DNA from: Leidyana gryllorum EB-2025a
Taxonomy: Eukaryota > Protista > Apicomplexa
Direction: 5' to 3'
NCBI GenBank assembly: GCA_048772705.1
Contig: JBLWGC010000085.1
Span: forward strand, 1 to 64,000
DNA: 64,000 bases
Shown in pieces: positions 1 to 13,387 of the stretch. Made by a program: the position numbers and the translations under genes. The notes under the pieces were generated by a model. The model had not been told where the DNA came from and did no database searches. It worked only from the letters and a program-made list of their open reading frames with translations. Position 1 is the first letter of the stretch, and every line of letters begins with the position of its first letter.

Positions 1-407
1 TCGCCAAGAAACTGGGTGTCGATGAGTTCGTGATTACGACTCCGGAGTGGTGCAGCAAGAACCACAACACTCTCGATGCTATCATTGACACTCGCGCCAG
101 TCAACACGACCTGACCAACCTGATGGAGCTTCTCAAAATGGATGGTCAGTTTGTGATCCTTGGTTCAGGTCCGGTGGATCAGATATTGACTGTTTATCCC
201 AATACTTTGCTATTTGGGCGTCGCGTTCTGACGGGCAGCATAATCGGAGGGATCCAAGAGACACAAAGGATGATCGATTTTTGCGCCAAGAACAACATTA
301 AGCCCTGGATTGAGGTCATTAAGCCCACATACATCAATGAGGCGTATAAGAGAATGAAAAAGAATGATGTCCTTTTTAGGTTTGTGATTGATTTTACTTC
401 GTCATAG
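1..407 (+). CDS. Zn-dependent NADP alcohol dehydrogenase (CAD/YahK-like), 5'-truncated by the window edge
   Basis: C-terminal MDR motifs GSIIGGIQETQRMIDFCAK and INEAYKRMKKNDVLFRFVID; the frame is open to the window start. Confidence 0.85.
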   Translation, partial: AKKLGVDEFVITTPEWCSKNHNTLDAIIDTRASQHDLTNLMELLKMDGQFVILGSGPVDQILTVYPNTLLFGRRVLTGSIIGGIQETQRMIDFCAKNNIKPWIEVIKPTYINEAYKRMKKNDVLFRFVIDFTSS

Positions 408-409
408 AC

Positions 410-1338
410 ATGGAGTCAACCATCGCTGCACTTCGGGAAGGTGTTCGACCTTCTGGCAGAGCATTCAGTGAATGCAGACAAGTTAAAATCAACTTTGGTC
501 CTTCCTTCGGTCAAGTAAGCTTCCGAGGACTCCCACATTTTTCGGACGGCAACTAAATTAGGTTGAGATCGTGCAAGGAGACGAGACCTATGTACATGCA
601 GCCGTTGCCTCTACCCTGGTTGTACCACCTCCTGAGCGGCCAGGAGAGGGTACGGTTTCGGTCAACGTGACATATGACAGCTCAGAGGGTCAGAGCGGGA
701 GCCAATTATCTCAGTTGATAGAGCAAGTACTCAGAGGCAGTAAAGTAATCGACCCTGAGAGTTTGTGTCTACTAGCCGGAAAGCAAGTGTGGTCATTGAA
801 GGTGGATGTACGCGTGGTCAAAAGCGAGACAGATCCTCTCGATGCGTGCACGCTAGCCTGTGTGACTGCACTCGCGCATTTCCGCCGGCCGGAAGTGACC
901 TTGAAGGGAGCCCGTGTTTTGGTTCATTCGGAGGTGGACATGGCCCCAGTTCCAGTGGCAATGATGCATCATCCTGTGATGACCAGTTGCTCAATCGTTG
1001 CCATTGAAGGAGGAGACTCAATTTTACTGGTGAGTAGTGAACCAAAGTCATCCATTCCACTATTACTATCAAGGCGGATGTTGATAAGTACGAAGAAAAT
1101 TGTGCCGCGGCCGCTATAGCGGTTGCTGTGAACGCGGCCGGCGAGATTTGTTTCGTACATAAAAGTGGGGGACTTGCCATCAAGAAGCACTTGCTAGACG
1201 ACTGTCTCCTGGTAAGGAGTTCCGTATGCGGGAGTGATACTGTGGTTCCCATTTCAGATCGCAAAGCAACGGGCCAAATGCGTATGTGAGCTCATCAACG
1301 AGGCGATCAACAGGGACCATCGAGAGAGAACTCGATGA
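410..1338 (+). CDS. RRP45: Exosome core subunit RRP45 (RNase PH family), multi-exon
   Basis: Motifs PPPERPGEG, IDPESLCLLAGKQVWSL and ALAHFRRPEV; GT-AG introns (e.g. about 1030-1073 and 1212-1257) join the ORF pieces; stop TGA at 1336-1338. Confidence 0.8.
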
Positions 1339-1345
1339 ACTTGAA

Positions 1346-3957
1346 TCACTTTGCACCCCCAGGTAGACCTCCAAACCACATTGTCTTCTTGGGGGGGACG
1401 GCATTTTCGCAATGGGCAACTTCCACCTTCTGCTCGGCGAGCGCAACCAGCTTATCTATTTGACGGAATTGACGATCCCAAGAAGGATACAGGAACGGTC
1501 TCCAGTCATGACGACTTCCCTCTGGGTCATAGCCCTCAACATGAAGACTGCCGAGAACGAGGAGACAATTGTTCTGAGTCACAGTGAATCATTAGTTGCT
1601 CACCTTGGGGGGAGGGTCGTCGTTTTGTGTCGATTCATCGCATAGGTGCGGAAGAAATGCTTGACCTTGTCGGCGAGCATGCGCGCCGTCAAATTGGGGT
1701 TGCTCAGCCAATTTTCCAAGGTAGCCTCCTCACATTGTGCATTTTGACCACGACTGGGGCTCTTCTCGCCTAAATTCACAGAGGGTGTTTGCAGCTTCCA
1801 CCTTTGGACCAGTAGCTCATACATTTCTACCGGTCCGCAGCGTTCGCACTTGCGCATATTGCCCAGTAAACTGCACAGAAACCCGTATATAGACTTCCAA
1901 AGAAATGCACTCCACTTACAATAGCTCTTGGTAGGTTAGGCCCATCTCCGCTTCATCCTCTTGGGCTCCCGAAATATCATCCATCGGCCTCAGCTCGGCG
2001 GTGGGCACAGCTTGCAAGATCTGGAGAAAGTTATGAACTTCCACTTCGAGCGACAGAGGTAGCGGCTTACCTTGCGAATTGACGCAAAATCATGGCGAGT
2101 AGCCAACCAGTCCAGTAAGACTCTCAAATGAACTTTGGAGAGCGAGCCGATGGGGCCGAGATCGCCACTGGAGCAATCGTACTTTGTAAAGTAGCCCCGG
2201 AGGGTTTCGTCGATATTGCCAGTGGCCAAGCTCAATAAGTATCCCACACGGGAAGCTTCGGATTCAGAGAGAGTTGGGAAGTCCGCAGGTTTGGTAACAT
2301 TAGACGGTGGTGCTGCTAGACGGTCCTTTGCTCGGAGAGTAGGTAGGAGTCCAGCTAGGAGGTACGTGGACACCATCCGACTTCGTGCCTGTGTGTTTTG
2401 GAGAGCTATGTCTTCCGCTCGGGAACCGCCGCCGCCACCAGTTCGCTGGAAGCGGGGAGCGAAACCCAGTGCGCGGGCCACTGTTCCAACTTGACTGTTC
2501 ACTATCTCGTCTATGTCGACTTCAAGATGGTAGGAGCCGAGCTCCTCTGCCAGTTGACGTGCACGGCCACGGCTTTCGCCCGAGGTGTGTGACATGCCCA
2601 GGTAACAGGTGTGGAGAAGTTGGTAGCAGAGTGTTCGAGAGTCTTTGGGGAACGCTGGATCATCTCGCGGCATCCGGAGAATGTTCTCCAGGTCAGTAAT
2701 GACTTCTTTCACACCGCGAGCTTTGGCCTCCATTACCATGTCGCAGACGACTCTCACCATGCTGGCGACGGCACAGGAATCGGCACCCCCGCTGGTGGCG
2801 ACGATGAAGCCTTGGGCTTGCGAGCGTCTGAGATAATCCCAAAGCCAACAAGCGATGTTGCGAGCGAGCTCCTCTGGCAGATTGGGAATCGTTACAGCCG
2901 CTAAAGTCGATTTGTCGACATTCAAGCGCAAAGTGGAGACGGAGGAGTCGTCCACACCAGAGAGCCAAATGTTAGCTGCGATACACGGCACAGGCTTGCA
3001 TGACGCCTGCACAGCATAGGATGGATTGCAAGCCCGATAACTCCGGACGCTGCTAATATTGACTCTCTCGACCATAACTTCTACGTCGTCAAATGTCATC
3101 GGGGAAATCATGTTGACGATAGCGCCGTTGCATGCAATGAAGGAGTTGCCATCAAACAAACTTTTACCCCCGTCGTTTCCTTTCATATTGCAGTACATAT
3201 AAACACCACCCATCTTCTGGGTTGGTGCCATGATTAGATCAAGACGTCGCCCCAACTTCTTGATCTCGAAATAACTCGCACTTCCGTTGCAGAAGACATC
3301 TACGCCACCTAGGCACATAGCCAGGTGGGGGGATTCGGGGACAAAGAGTTCTTCGCAAGACTCAGCAGCAATGATGCAATCATTGCACTGAATCGCCGCG
3401 AATCCAATGGGGCAGGTCTTCTGCTTAATTACCCTTTGAACGGACTTGGGTAAAACAAATGTTTCTATTTCGGAATTGATATTCCAAGCGCCGAACCAAC
3501 GCGTCTCTCGATAGGCCCCGTCCTGAGCGAGGAACATTTTCGGCCTAATAAGAATCACGCGTTGATTTAGTATGTACACTCGACAGTTGTATCGCACGGA
3601 TTTGTGCTCTACTGGCATTCCAATATCCAACAGGCAGTTGTTGCTCAGGTCTGAACGTAATATTTGACACACGCTCTGCCAGCAATGCACCGTGGTGTCG
3701 AACTCGTTGAAGTGGTCATCACAGCTGTAACCTGAGACCTCGAGCTCAGGACCTAGCCGGTAATACCCGCCCAGTCTCTTCACAGTCTCAATGCTTCGGA
3801 TAATTCGTTGCAGATTTCCGTCGAAGTCCAATGCCCATTGATTCAATTGACACAACCCCAATGCAGCATAGGTCGAAGGAAACGAGAGGCCTTCTTCCAA
3901 ATCCAATTGCTCGGTGTGAGTCTTGTCATCAACCAACTCTGGACCGTCGTAGGACAT
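1346..3957 (-). CDS. QNS1: Glutamine-dependent NAD+ synthetase, multi-exon
   Basis: Nitrilase domain [11 protein letters not shown]...GPELE, synthetase SGGADS and [13 protein letters not shown]-terminal [10 protein letters not shown]...HDWRPFLYP. ORFs 1990-3966, 1600-1857 and 1346-1582 are joined by short introns. Confidence 0.93.
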
Positions 3958-3976
3958 CTTCTGCAAAAATTTTGAG

Positions 3977-4285
3977 ATGACTGATCAAAGTTCCCCCCCC
4001 ATGTTACTGCCTCTGGCACTCATCGACAAGTGCCTGGGCAGTCGGATTCTGGTCCTGATGAGGAGTAACAAGGAGTTTTACGGTGTTTTGAGGGGTTTTG
4101 ACGACTTTGTTAACATGGTGCTTGATGAAGTCACAGAGTACACATGGCTGACAGACGACAGAGGCAATATGCAACTCAAAATCGAGCATCCTGATGCTGT
4201 TCTATTGAATGGATCAAACATTGCTCTCATGGTTCCTTGTGGAGCTCCACCTACTGCAGACTTATATACCACCCTGACGCACTAG
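3977..4285 (+). CDS. LSM5: U6 snRNA-associated Sm-like protein LSm5
   Basis: [14 protein letters not shown]...[16 protein letters not shown]...[12 protein letters not shown] is the LSm5 signature. Confidence 0.93.
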   Translation: MTDQSSPPMLLPLALIDKCLGSRILVLMRSNKEFYGVLRGFDDFVNMVLDEVTEYTWLTDDRGNMQLKIEHPDAVLLNGSNIALMVPCGAPPTADLYTTLTH

Positions 4286-4502
4286 TTCTCGACAACGCGA
4301 ATACCAACTAGCGCGTGGCCGCGGCTCAACACACTCCTCAACCCGTCTAACTTTTGGTGGCTCGTCACTCTGCCGAAAAACAGTGTATTTATAAATAGCT
4401 CATATGCACACACACCCACACACACTCAATGGAAACACTCATATAATCTCGCATAAAGGCTACCCATAAATACCGCACCACGCCACCGGACACAAATACA
4501 CA

Positions 4503-5793
4503 TCAGACAACCAATGATCTGTGCCCATTCGACACCATTCGACGTCTTCGCCCCCAAACGGCAGCATGTGTGGTCGGAGACGCCGGCCGGCCACAGCAGT
4601 CGGAGTCGACCTCGGGATGCCGTACTAGGTGCGATATCGAATGGAGGCAGGCAGAGAGGGGGAGCACAAGTTGCGGACTCACCACAAAAGAGGACAACAA
4701 CGTGTCGATCGCCGGTGCCCCCAGATGGGCTATTTGATACACCGCTTCGAAGAGTGGGAACTCGTCCGATATAGAATAACGTTGTAAAACTTCGTGGACT
4801 TCAATACACGTGAGATGCCCCTGCAGTTTCTGTCCGTTCAAAAGTTCAGTTTCGATCTCCTCCCAGAGACTTGCGTTGCCTCCACCTCTCTTCACAAACT
4901 CGGCAGCACATCGAACATTTCTACCGCCGTAGCAGGTTGTCACCACATCAGCAACTCCGGCACTCTCCAACAAAGTTTCCTGGGTGGGCGAGTGAAAAGG
5001 TTTGCCGGATTCTCCAGCTGCGGGGAATTGGACTTACTTCCAGAACACCATCAAAGAAAATTAGAGCGAATTTCCGCATCTCTTTGATACCAATACGGAT
5101 GGCTGCGGCTTTAGTGTTGCTTCCATAGCCGAGGCCATCACAGAAGCCGGCAGCCAGGGCGACCACATTCTTCAGCGCTCCACAAATCTGTACTCCGAAG
5201 GGATCTGGGATAGCGCTAATCCGAAATGCTGGTCGATGGAAAAGCTTTTGCCAGAGGACAGCGTCTGCCTCGTGGGTGTACCCCAAAGTTGCTTCAGCGA
5301 ACTCTTCTTTAGCGATATCGAGAGCAACATTGGCTCCGCTGAGTGCGCAGCACGGTATCTCAAGCTTCTCGGATATCAATTGTGAGAAGACTTTTGGTCT
5401 TCCTGACGCATCAACATCAAGACCTTTGATCAAGCTCACAGCCCTCTGGTTGACTGGTCTTGCTGAATTCGCGGGAATGTCAGACAGGAATGAGGAGACA
5501 AATTGGTGGGGGAGGACGAACACCAGAAGATCGGAGACCCGGAGGATCTCCTCCTTGGAATCTGTTGCCCTTACATTGACTGGGATGGGGAACCCAGGGA
5601 GGTATTTGGCGTTTTCGTGGTCTTCATTAATCATTTCTTTGACCGTGCGAACACCATAGGTGTCACCCTGATGTGCCCAGACGAGAACATCTTCGTTGAA
5701 GTCGTCATGACGGGCAGCATTCATACCCACGATGCGGGCAACCGCAGTGCCCCAATTGCCGCTACCAATAACTCCAATTCGTAGGCCCCCCAT
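4503..5793 (-). CDS. GPD1: NAD-dependent glycerol-3-phosphate dehydrogenase, multi-exon (exact 3' end uncertain)
   Basis: GSGNWGTA Rossmann motif, GALKNVVALAAG, TTCYGGRN and NGQKLQG; intron about 5038-4980 (GTAAGT...CAG). Confidence 0.92.
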
Positions 5794-5840
5794 ATCACAA
5801 TTTTTTCTACAGCTCGTCGCGATATTGGTGCGTCAACACC

Positions 5841-7576
5841 TCAGTAACTTCTCTGCGGATCGCTGGTAGTTCCACCAGCAATGCTCCCACAACGAAACTG
5901 GTTTCCAGGTCTTTCACCTGTGTGCCCGGAATTAAAACATGCAAACAGCAATCCCCTCAACGTACCACCGTTACTGCTTTCATCAGTTGCTCTGGTGGGA
6001 GCGAAACTATGGAATTCAGGAACTCCGCCAAGAAGACCAGCCCGAAACATGCTGACTCTCTCTTCTCCACAGCAGCCTCTTGATGGATTAGAGCTGCTAC
6101 CCCATCTACCGACGGCTCGGCACATATCTGTTGCGCTCTCTCCCAGAAGGCAGATGCCGAGAAACGCACGTCGCTCGCCTGGTTCACATACTGATTGAAG
6201 TAGTAGAAATTCTCGGTCGCATAGATGCGGTAGTTGTGGTCAACCTTGAACGGGACTGGTGGCAAGTTTGATACCGTCAGAAAATCTCGTATGTGCTCGC
6301 GGCATTTCTCAGCATCGCTGATAGCCGAGCCTTTCGCATAAGCAAAATCGCCAGCCACAGCGGTGCTGTTGGTCAAATCTTCGCTCACGATCAGAGGTCC
6401 TTCTCTCAAACTGACGGGAATCCGGACATCAGGCGGCAAGCAAGCCACCTCGAAGTCCGCCTCCGGTCTGATAGGAACTTTGTTCCGTTCAGCAGAGAAT
6501 CTCAGGAACCTTTGTAGCGCAGCCTGCCGACCGTATCCGTCCAGTGACTGGATTTGCAACAACTGTCAACAAAAATTGAGGCATCGTTGATTGGCATCGA
6601 AGAACTCACATAATTCTCGTGGCAAAACTGCAGCGCATGGAACCCTTGACCTCGTGGATGTCTCAATAGGGGCGGACCATCCCTTCGTACGTCTTCAATA
6701 GATAACTCAGCTAGTAAATCGTCACGTAACCTTTTGGGTGGTTCCAAGGCAATCTGAGCCGAGGCTCCCCCCACCTCAATCATACCCACTCGTTGCTTCA
6801 CCTTGCGACCAGCAACCCCTGATGACACACGAGTTTGGCGGTGTCTCCCGGTGTGGATCATGCTCACCTTGCGCCTCCGCCCTCCAATTGTCTTTAAGCC
6901 AGGAGCCGGGTAACGGTTCCTCGTCAGCTTGTTCACCCTCGGCCAAAAGAAGCGGGTGGAGCTGAACATGTTCAAATGGTTCATAGAAGCGCCGAGCCAG
7001 CTGATTGATGGCAAGCCAACTGTACGCCCCCTCTTCATCTCCTGTAAGTACTCGGGCCCACGAACGCCGATGCTTTATTCCCCATCCTGATACAACATCG
7101 CTGGCCAAATCCAGAGCGTGCTGTTGGTCTTTCGGGTACAGATATCTGAATCCACCTGTAGCGCGGAGCAGCAATACAGTGCGAGCACGGTCTTCCGGCC
7201 GTAATGCTTTGTGGAGATAAAGCTTCAAAGGTTCGAAATACTCCGCCAGTTTGGCTCGTAAAGCATTATCGTCTTGCGTCTCATCCGCTTGCAGATTCTG
7301 CCATACACTCGCTAGTCCGGGCTTGGTCTTAAACGCCCAGCCCGGCATGGTCAAGTGGACGGCGCCTTTTCCGAAACATTCGGTAGGGGACCATTCATAA
7401 GGATGGAGGTGCACTCGCGAACCAGTGCTGCCAAGGTCAATGATAGCTACGTAGTCAAAGTCTGGAGCTTCTGCACCCTGCTCGGTGGGGAAAGGTGGGG
7501 GCTCCAGACTGTCCGCAGACCTTTCGGCTACAACATAGAGAATGGAGGTACAGAGTAATAGGTTTGACCACTTCAT
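5841..7576 (-). CDS. GDA1/CD39-family nucleoside phosphatase (NTPDase) with signal peptide, multi-exon
   Basis: Apyrase conserved regions IDLGSTGSR, ATGGFR, GDEEGAYSWLAIN, IEVGGASAQI and SLDGYG; hydrophobic N-terminus. Confidence 0.85.
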
Positions 7577-7590
7577 TCAATTTAGGTTTT

Positions 7591-8666
7591 TTAAAATACG
7601 GCAGTTGAAATGGTAGCAGCTAAGGACTGCACGATCTCCTCTTGGAGGCACTCATCGACAGCTGACTCGAGGCGCCGCTTTGCATTCATCTTGCCGACCT
7701 GCCAACGGATGTCTGAAACAGGATGCACATGTATTGAACCCACCCTATTGAGCATAAACGAGTCGTCGTCGAGTTGTAGTTGTTGGGTCACTTCCTCCTT
7801 CCAGCTGCTCACCAGCGACTTGATGTTTGACACGCGCTTAGTCTGATTCTCGCGATGTACATCATATGGTTGCATACTCAGAGCTTGTACCCATCTCGTC
7901 TGCATCAGTCCCATCAACATCCTCTGTTCCAGATCGCTCTTGCGATAAGATATAACTATGGAATAGTAGTGCTTGTTTAAGCCGTGTATCAGGGCCGTGA
8001 TTGCGGGCTTGGTGAGATGGCCGATGTTACTGGTAGTTTGCCGTGGTTCTTGACTCAGCATCAGCAAATGGGGATTGATCAATCGGAAGCAGTCAATGAC
8101 AGCTACACCTTTAACAGACTGGATTGGGTCCACAACCACTCCAACGGCTCTGTCGTGAGTGAGACTCTCAATGGAGTTAACGGTGGCCTTACCGAGAGTT
8201 CAGCTGCTCGAAAGACTGCTGCGTGTTGATATCTGTGCCGGAGAACCAACAGCCGAACCCAGGGTGACTGTGGTACCATCCGACGACCATTTCCGGCCGT
8301 CCGGTACGTTTCAACATATCGAGCATTTCAGCCTGGTACACGGGATCAACGGCCTCAACTGACACAGTGTTGCCCGATTGCGGCATTGAGAAGACATCGA
8401 CAACCTTGATGGTGTAGTCGTCCACAAACTCGCCAAGCATCAATCCCATAACTTCCATGGGCACCCCAGCTCGGCCATGCCGAAGCATCTTAATCAATGC
8501 GAGGGAGGAGATGATGACCTACCGGACATTCAACACTGTAAGACACTCATATTGACACTTCACATACCTGCTCGGCTGTGTCCGCCAACGGCACATCTCC
8601 GTCATTGCCAGCCCCTCCTCCAAGACCTCCTATCAAGCTGCGAAGATGTGGTGGGAGTCCTGCCAT
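7591..8666 (-). CDS. RPN11: 26S proteasome deubiquitinase RPN11 (JAMM/MPN+), multi-exon
   Basis: PLADTAEQ|[25 protein letters not shown] and [18 protein letters not shown]; ATG at 8666, first intron GTATGT at 8567. Confidence 0.95.
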
Positions 8667-8694
8667 CTCGACTTTATTTTTTGAGAGACGCAAA

Positions 8695-11600
8695 CTAGGC
8701 TACTATGCATTCCACCCCAAGTGTTGACCGCCGACTTGTGGTTGGAGGTCCTTCATCTACCAGCAGGGCTTTCAACGGCTTTTGTACGAACTTCCCTCTC
8801 AACCGTTCTCCGAGAAAAGCTTCGCCAAACGTCAGAGGCATATTCTCACCCTCCTCTTGAGCGTCTTCCTGGTACCAACGTTTCAATTGGACCATCAATT
8901 GCGCATCATCTATCATGTCCTCCAAATCGTCCCTGCATCGATGCGATATGCGGTACGAGACGCCCCCACACTCACTGCCACTCGTAGAGTAGCTGCGCCA
9001 GACAAGAGTTGATCTCTCGCTGGAGAGCGGAAGTCTTTTCCTGTAGCGCCTTGCGAGTGGAAATGAGCACCGGCAGAACCTGACAATGGGCAATCGATTA
9101 CTGGAAGAAAGGGGGCCTCGAACTCACGCTCTTGCTCAGATACTGTTTCAAAATGGCACGGTTGAAGCGCGCCCGCTGCTCTTTCTGCAGTAAGACGTCC
9201 TCCTCCCCGGTGCTGTCCGGCGCCAAGCCCGCCTTCTCCAGAGGCGTGGCCGAAGCGAAAGTCAACTTCAAGTCAGCACTAGACAGAACCACTAAAACAT
9301 CGCTCATGGCTCGTCCACTTCCGGAGGTCCGAGAAAGTGGCGTCTCCAGAGGTGGTGCGCCGCCAGGGTTCTGTCGACTGGGTAAGAAGGCTTGAAGGAA
9401 GTCGTTCAACAATCTTTTCATAACCTCGTGTCGCTGGGAATCCGAGGCAAATGAGAGAAGTGCACTGTATATTCTGTATCGTCGAACGTTGTCCGCACTC
9501 ATTTTGAACGACTCCACACACAGTCCGGTCACGTCGCACAATTCGGCTGCAATGGGGTGGATGTCCAGAGCCAGCGGCACAGAAGGATGATCTTCGAAGC
9601 CGTTCAGGAAGCAGACCATCTCTAAGAAATAGGTATTCAGGAGATCTTTCTGCAATTACTAGTGGCTAGAGGTTCAGCTTGCCCATCCACTCACCACTCG
9701 CGGTAACACTATACCCGCCACCAACTTGTGGGCCAAGCTACGAACCTGCGGATTGTCATCTCCCAAGGCAAACAAGAAACTGTCAGTGTGGGAGTGAGTA
9801 GTCCGACCATACCACTACGTCCGACTCACTGATACAGTAGAAGACCTCTCAATTTGAGATAATCCTGAGCTGCTAATTTGGACAGCAAGACCAGGATTTG
9901 AATGCGAGCTTGGAACGAGTTCTCGCATGCATATGAACTCAGCTGCGCTGACATCACTGGGAAATAAGGATCCACCAAAGAGGTCATCTTCAACGTGAAG
10001 TCATAAACAGCCTGTTGAGATCGAATGGAGCCGTGCTTTTCGGCAGCTCACTCACAAAGGCGAGATTCATTAACAACGGGTCCTTGCCAGCCGTCACCGC
10101 AGGCTGTTGAGGTCCCCCACCGGTGTGTAACGAGAGCCCAGACTGTATCAAAGAAGGCATCAGTCGCTTGGCTACCGCCTCGTGCGATAACATGATCTGA
10201 GCAGCCGAAACCAAAGCTACCCCGCGTAACCAGATGGGTACTTCATGCATCCAATGAGTCATCTCATCATCCCCCTTAGACATAGAGCGAAACCCATTTC
10301 GCGCCAAAGCCAGAAACAATGTCGCGAATACGGGTGCCACTTCAGCCATATACACATGAGCTTTGTTCGAGTGGGGGAGCGTCGAGCTCACGGTGTACAG
10401 AGTTCCAACCATCCGCAGAGCCACGGCACCAGCATGAAGCGTGACTTCGCCTCGTCGAGATGTACTCAACAGCGATATCAAACCTTTACATTGGAGTAAT
10501 AACGAGGTGATTTCCTCTCGTAGGGTTTTATTGTCGGTGAACTGTTCCAAATACGCGCGGGTGAGGACTGGAACTAGTCGGTGCGACAGATCGTTGCTCT
10601 TGATTCAGAGACACTGTGTGCCAGTCAAACATCTGTGCTTACTCTCAGCCTCAAGTTGAGAGCCTCTCGCACGTCTTTACGCAGCTCATCCGACACATTC
10701 AGTCGCATACATTGTCGCCATTGCTCCCATGCAATCGTGTCCGTTTTTGGGGAGTGGTGGACTACAAAGTTGCGAAGCCAAGCTTCGAGACACGACGCAT
10801 CCACAGATCGAAGCCACTGGGGACGGTATCGGAATCCGATGGTCAACAAGACGGACAGAAGAGGCAAAACCTCTCGCGTTGCCCCTTGAGCAACCCGTCT
10901 CAAACACCTCTGTATCAGAGAGCCGCCATTGTACCCGCTGTTGCCAACTGAAAGGGTCATCATCGAACTCACTCTTTCAGCGCGGCTGATAACAGCACGC
11001 GATGCAGCAGCTCTTGACCGTCCCAACACTCCAGAACTCTCGAGACTATTTCCGAGGAGAGTCGACCTGTGTCACCTGCTGTGCCTGGCTTTAATAGGAC
11101 GTCGTGAAGCAGTTCGCGTGCTTTCGCAGCTACACTGTCCTCGTTGTCGGCACACAAGAAGAGTAAGTTTGGCAACAAGCAGTGCTGCTCGATCCCATTC
11201 TTGCGTTCTGTCCAAAGTGCCCGGCCATTCATCGATCTCCTTACCGAGAGAGGCTCCAATGAAAGACACCATTCGTTGTCTCACGATGACCGAACTGTCG
11301 TCAACCAACATGCCGAGCGTTTGGGCGTTCACCAGACAGCACGGGGGCAAACGCATTCTTTCGCTGTACTCCGAGAAGAGATTGGCACAGGTGTCCAGCA
11401 ACCCGACAGTGGCCCGTCGAACAGCAGATTTCTCATCCAGCAATCTCAGATCAATCAAAGTCAAGACCGATTTCCAAGGGAAGCCTAGAGTAGACGATCC
11501 TAACACCTCTCCGAAAAGCCATTGGAGGTCTTCAGCAGGCCGCCCAGAGTAACTATTCAATAATCCCGAGAGCGCTTCGATCGCTCGCAGGCGTACACTG

Positions 11601-13289
11601 GACAAGGCATCCTCCGCCCGAGTGAAGATCCCCGCCAGAAGCCCGTTCTGCAGCAACATCATACTCTCGAACCCATGGGAGGCAACGAGCAAAGCTTCGG
11701 CTGCTTCCGTGGAGATGACCCGAATAGACGATCTGTCGTGGAGTTGGAGTCTGAGGAGGACGGCGACCAAATATGTCAGTGGCCGTCCAGCTTCGAGGAG
11801 CTTGCGTGCAATGGCCTGTAACCAGTTAGTCAAACGTTCTCGGCACTCTCGCTTTTCAGGGCAGTAGAAGAGAGCTTGGCAGAAGAATGCAGTGATGGGA
11901 TGACCTGTTTCGGCCGTCACGCACGATCTCTTAGTGACGCTCTTACCTAACTCCAGTGGAACTTTGGGAACATCTTTCACCTCAGGCACCTCACTGTCGG
12001 GTTCGTCATTTTCGTCATCGCTTTCGCGCTCAGGTTCTGCAGCCTGCAAGTCGAAGTTCGAAACCTCCCAGGGTTCTGGAGCCATCAATATCGCTTCAAC
12101 GATATCGAACGAACGCTGCGAATGGTCGATATGGCATAATCAGATGGTCGACTTGCCTGTTGAATGACTTGAATATTACTGCTTTGCCCCGTGCGCGCAT
12201 GTCCACCCAAGAGGGGAGCCAAAGTGTGCAGGATTATGTGCAGTAATCCGACGAGGGTCGCACTGTCGAAGGCACCAGAGCAACGCCATCTTGAGCGGGG
12301 TAGGCCCCAAAGGATAGCGGCATCGCACGTCTGGCATTGACCATCAAGAGTGGAGGCTGTTTCCAGTAATGTGGTGAAGAGGATCCTCAAGTTGGTAGAT
12401 GCAGCACTACTGCAACTCAGTTCCACCGAGCGACGCAGGTGCTCGTGACCTTCCTCAGAATTGACTAGACCTCCTAAAACGATCGGACATCTCCCCAACT
12501 CTTTTATGCTTTGCAGTTGTGAATTGGTGAGTCCATCCCCATTGGTGACCAAACTATACATGCACGGATTGGTGAGTAGTCCGAGGACTGCGCGAGTTTC
12601 CTCATCCTGGGGCGATACGAAGCGAAGGGCGAGCAGAAGCTGATGACGAGGTGATCGTGGTACGTCGTCTCCTCGAGAAGCCCACCAGTGTCCAACAGTG
12701 CCAGATATACATGAGCGACGCGGGTATCTCACCCCGTACACTTCTGACTATAAGAAGAACCGCGACAAAAGAGACACAGACATGGAGAGGCAGAGATCTG
12801 ACCCCTGGGTACTTCTCTCTCAGGAGGGTCTCCAAGCCTTGCCAGAGAGAGCTTTGCTATAGAGAGGAAGTTCATGTGGCGGTGCTGTCCTGAGGTTGGA
12901 CAGGGACAGCCTACCTCTCCGCTGTTGTCTGTCGAAGTGATTCGCCGGTTATAATGCAAGACACAGTCCAGTACATCTTTCAAGTCACCACTGAGAATAA
13001 TTGCCGTTTGATCTAAAGTAGACACATCACATTGTCCAATGGTCTACGGAGGGTTTTCGGCGCTCAAACGTGTGACACCCACCTCTTGCAATAGCCCATA
13101 GAGGGGCGTTGCCAGGGCTCGGACGGATGGGTCGCATCTAAAGGCTCCCAGATCGTTTCGGAAAGATTCATCGACATCATCATCATTGAAGCCTTCAAGG
13201 CAAGCTGCTTCATCCTGTCCAACCTCGAGCGCCCGCAGCAGTCGTAAGGCCGCATCGTAGTCATAGCCTTCAAAGTCGACGACTGACAT
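8695..13289 (-). CDS. Large HEAT-repeat protein, probably condensin II subunit D3 (Cnd1 family), many exons
   Basis: HEAT signatures EDALSSVRLRAIEALS, DEKSAVRRATVGLL, DDSSVIVRQR and DDNPQVR, spread over consecutive minus-strand ORFs separated by GT-AG introns. Confidence 0.6.
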
Positions 13290-13387
13290 GGGTCACACAC
13301 AGTCTTTAGGTAAGACTGAATAAATTTGGCAGTACGGCTGATCGCATCCCTTTTTACACTCTAGTTCCTGAATAGTACGATTCGGCC

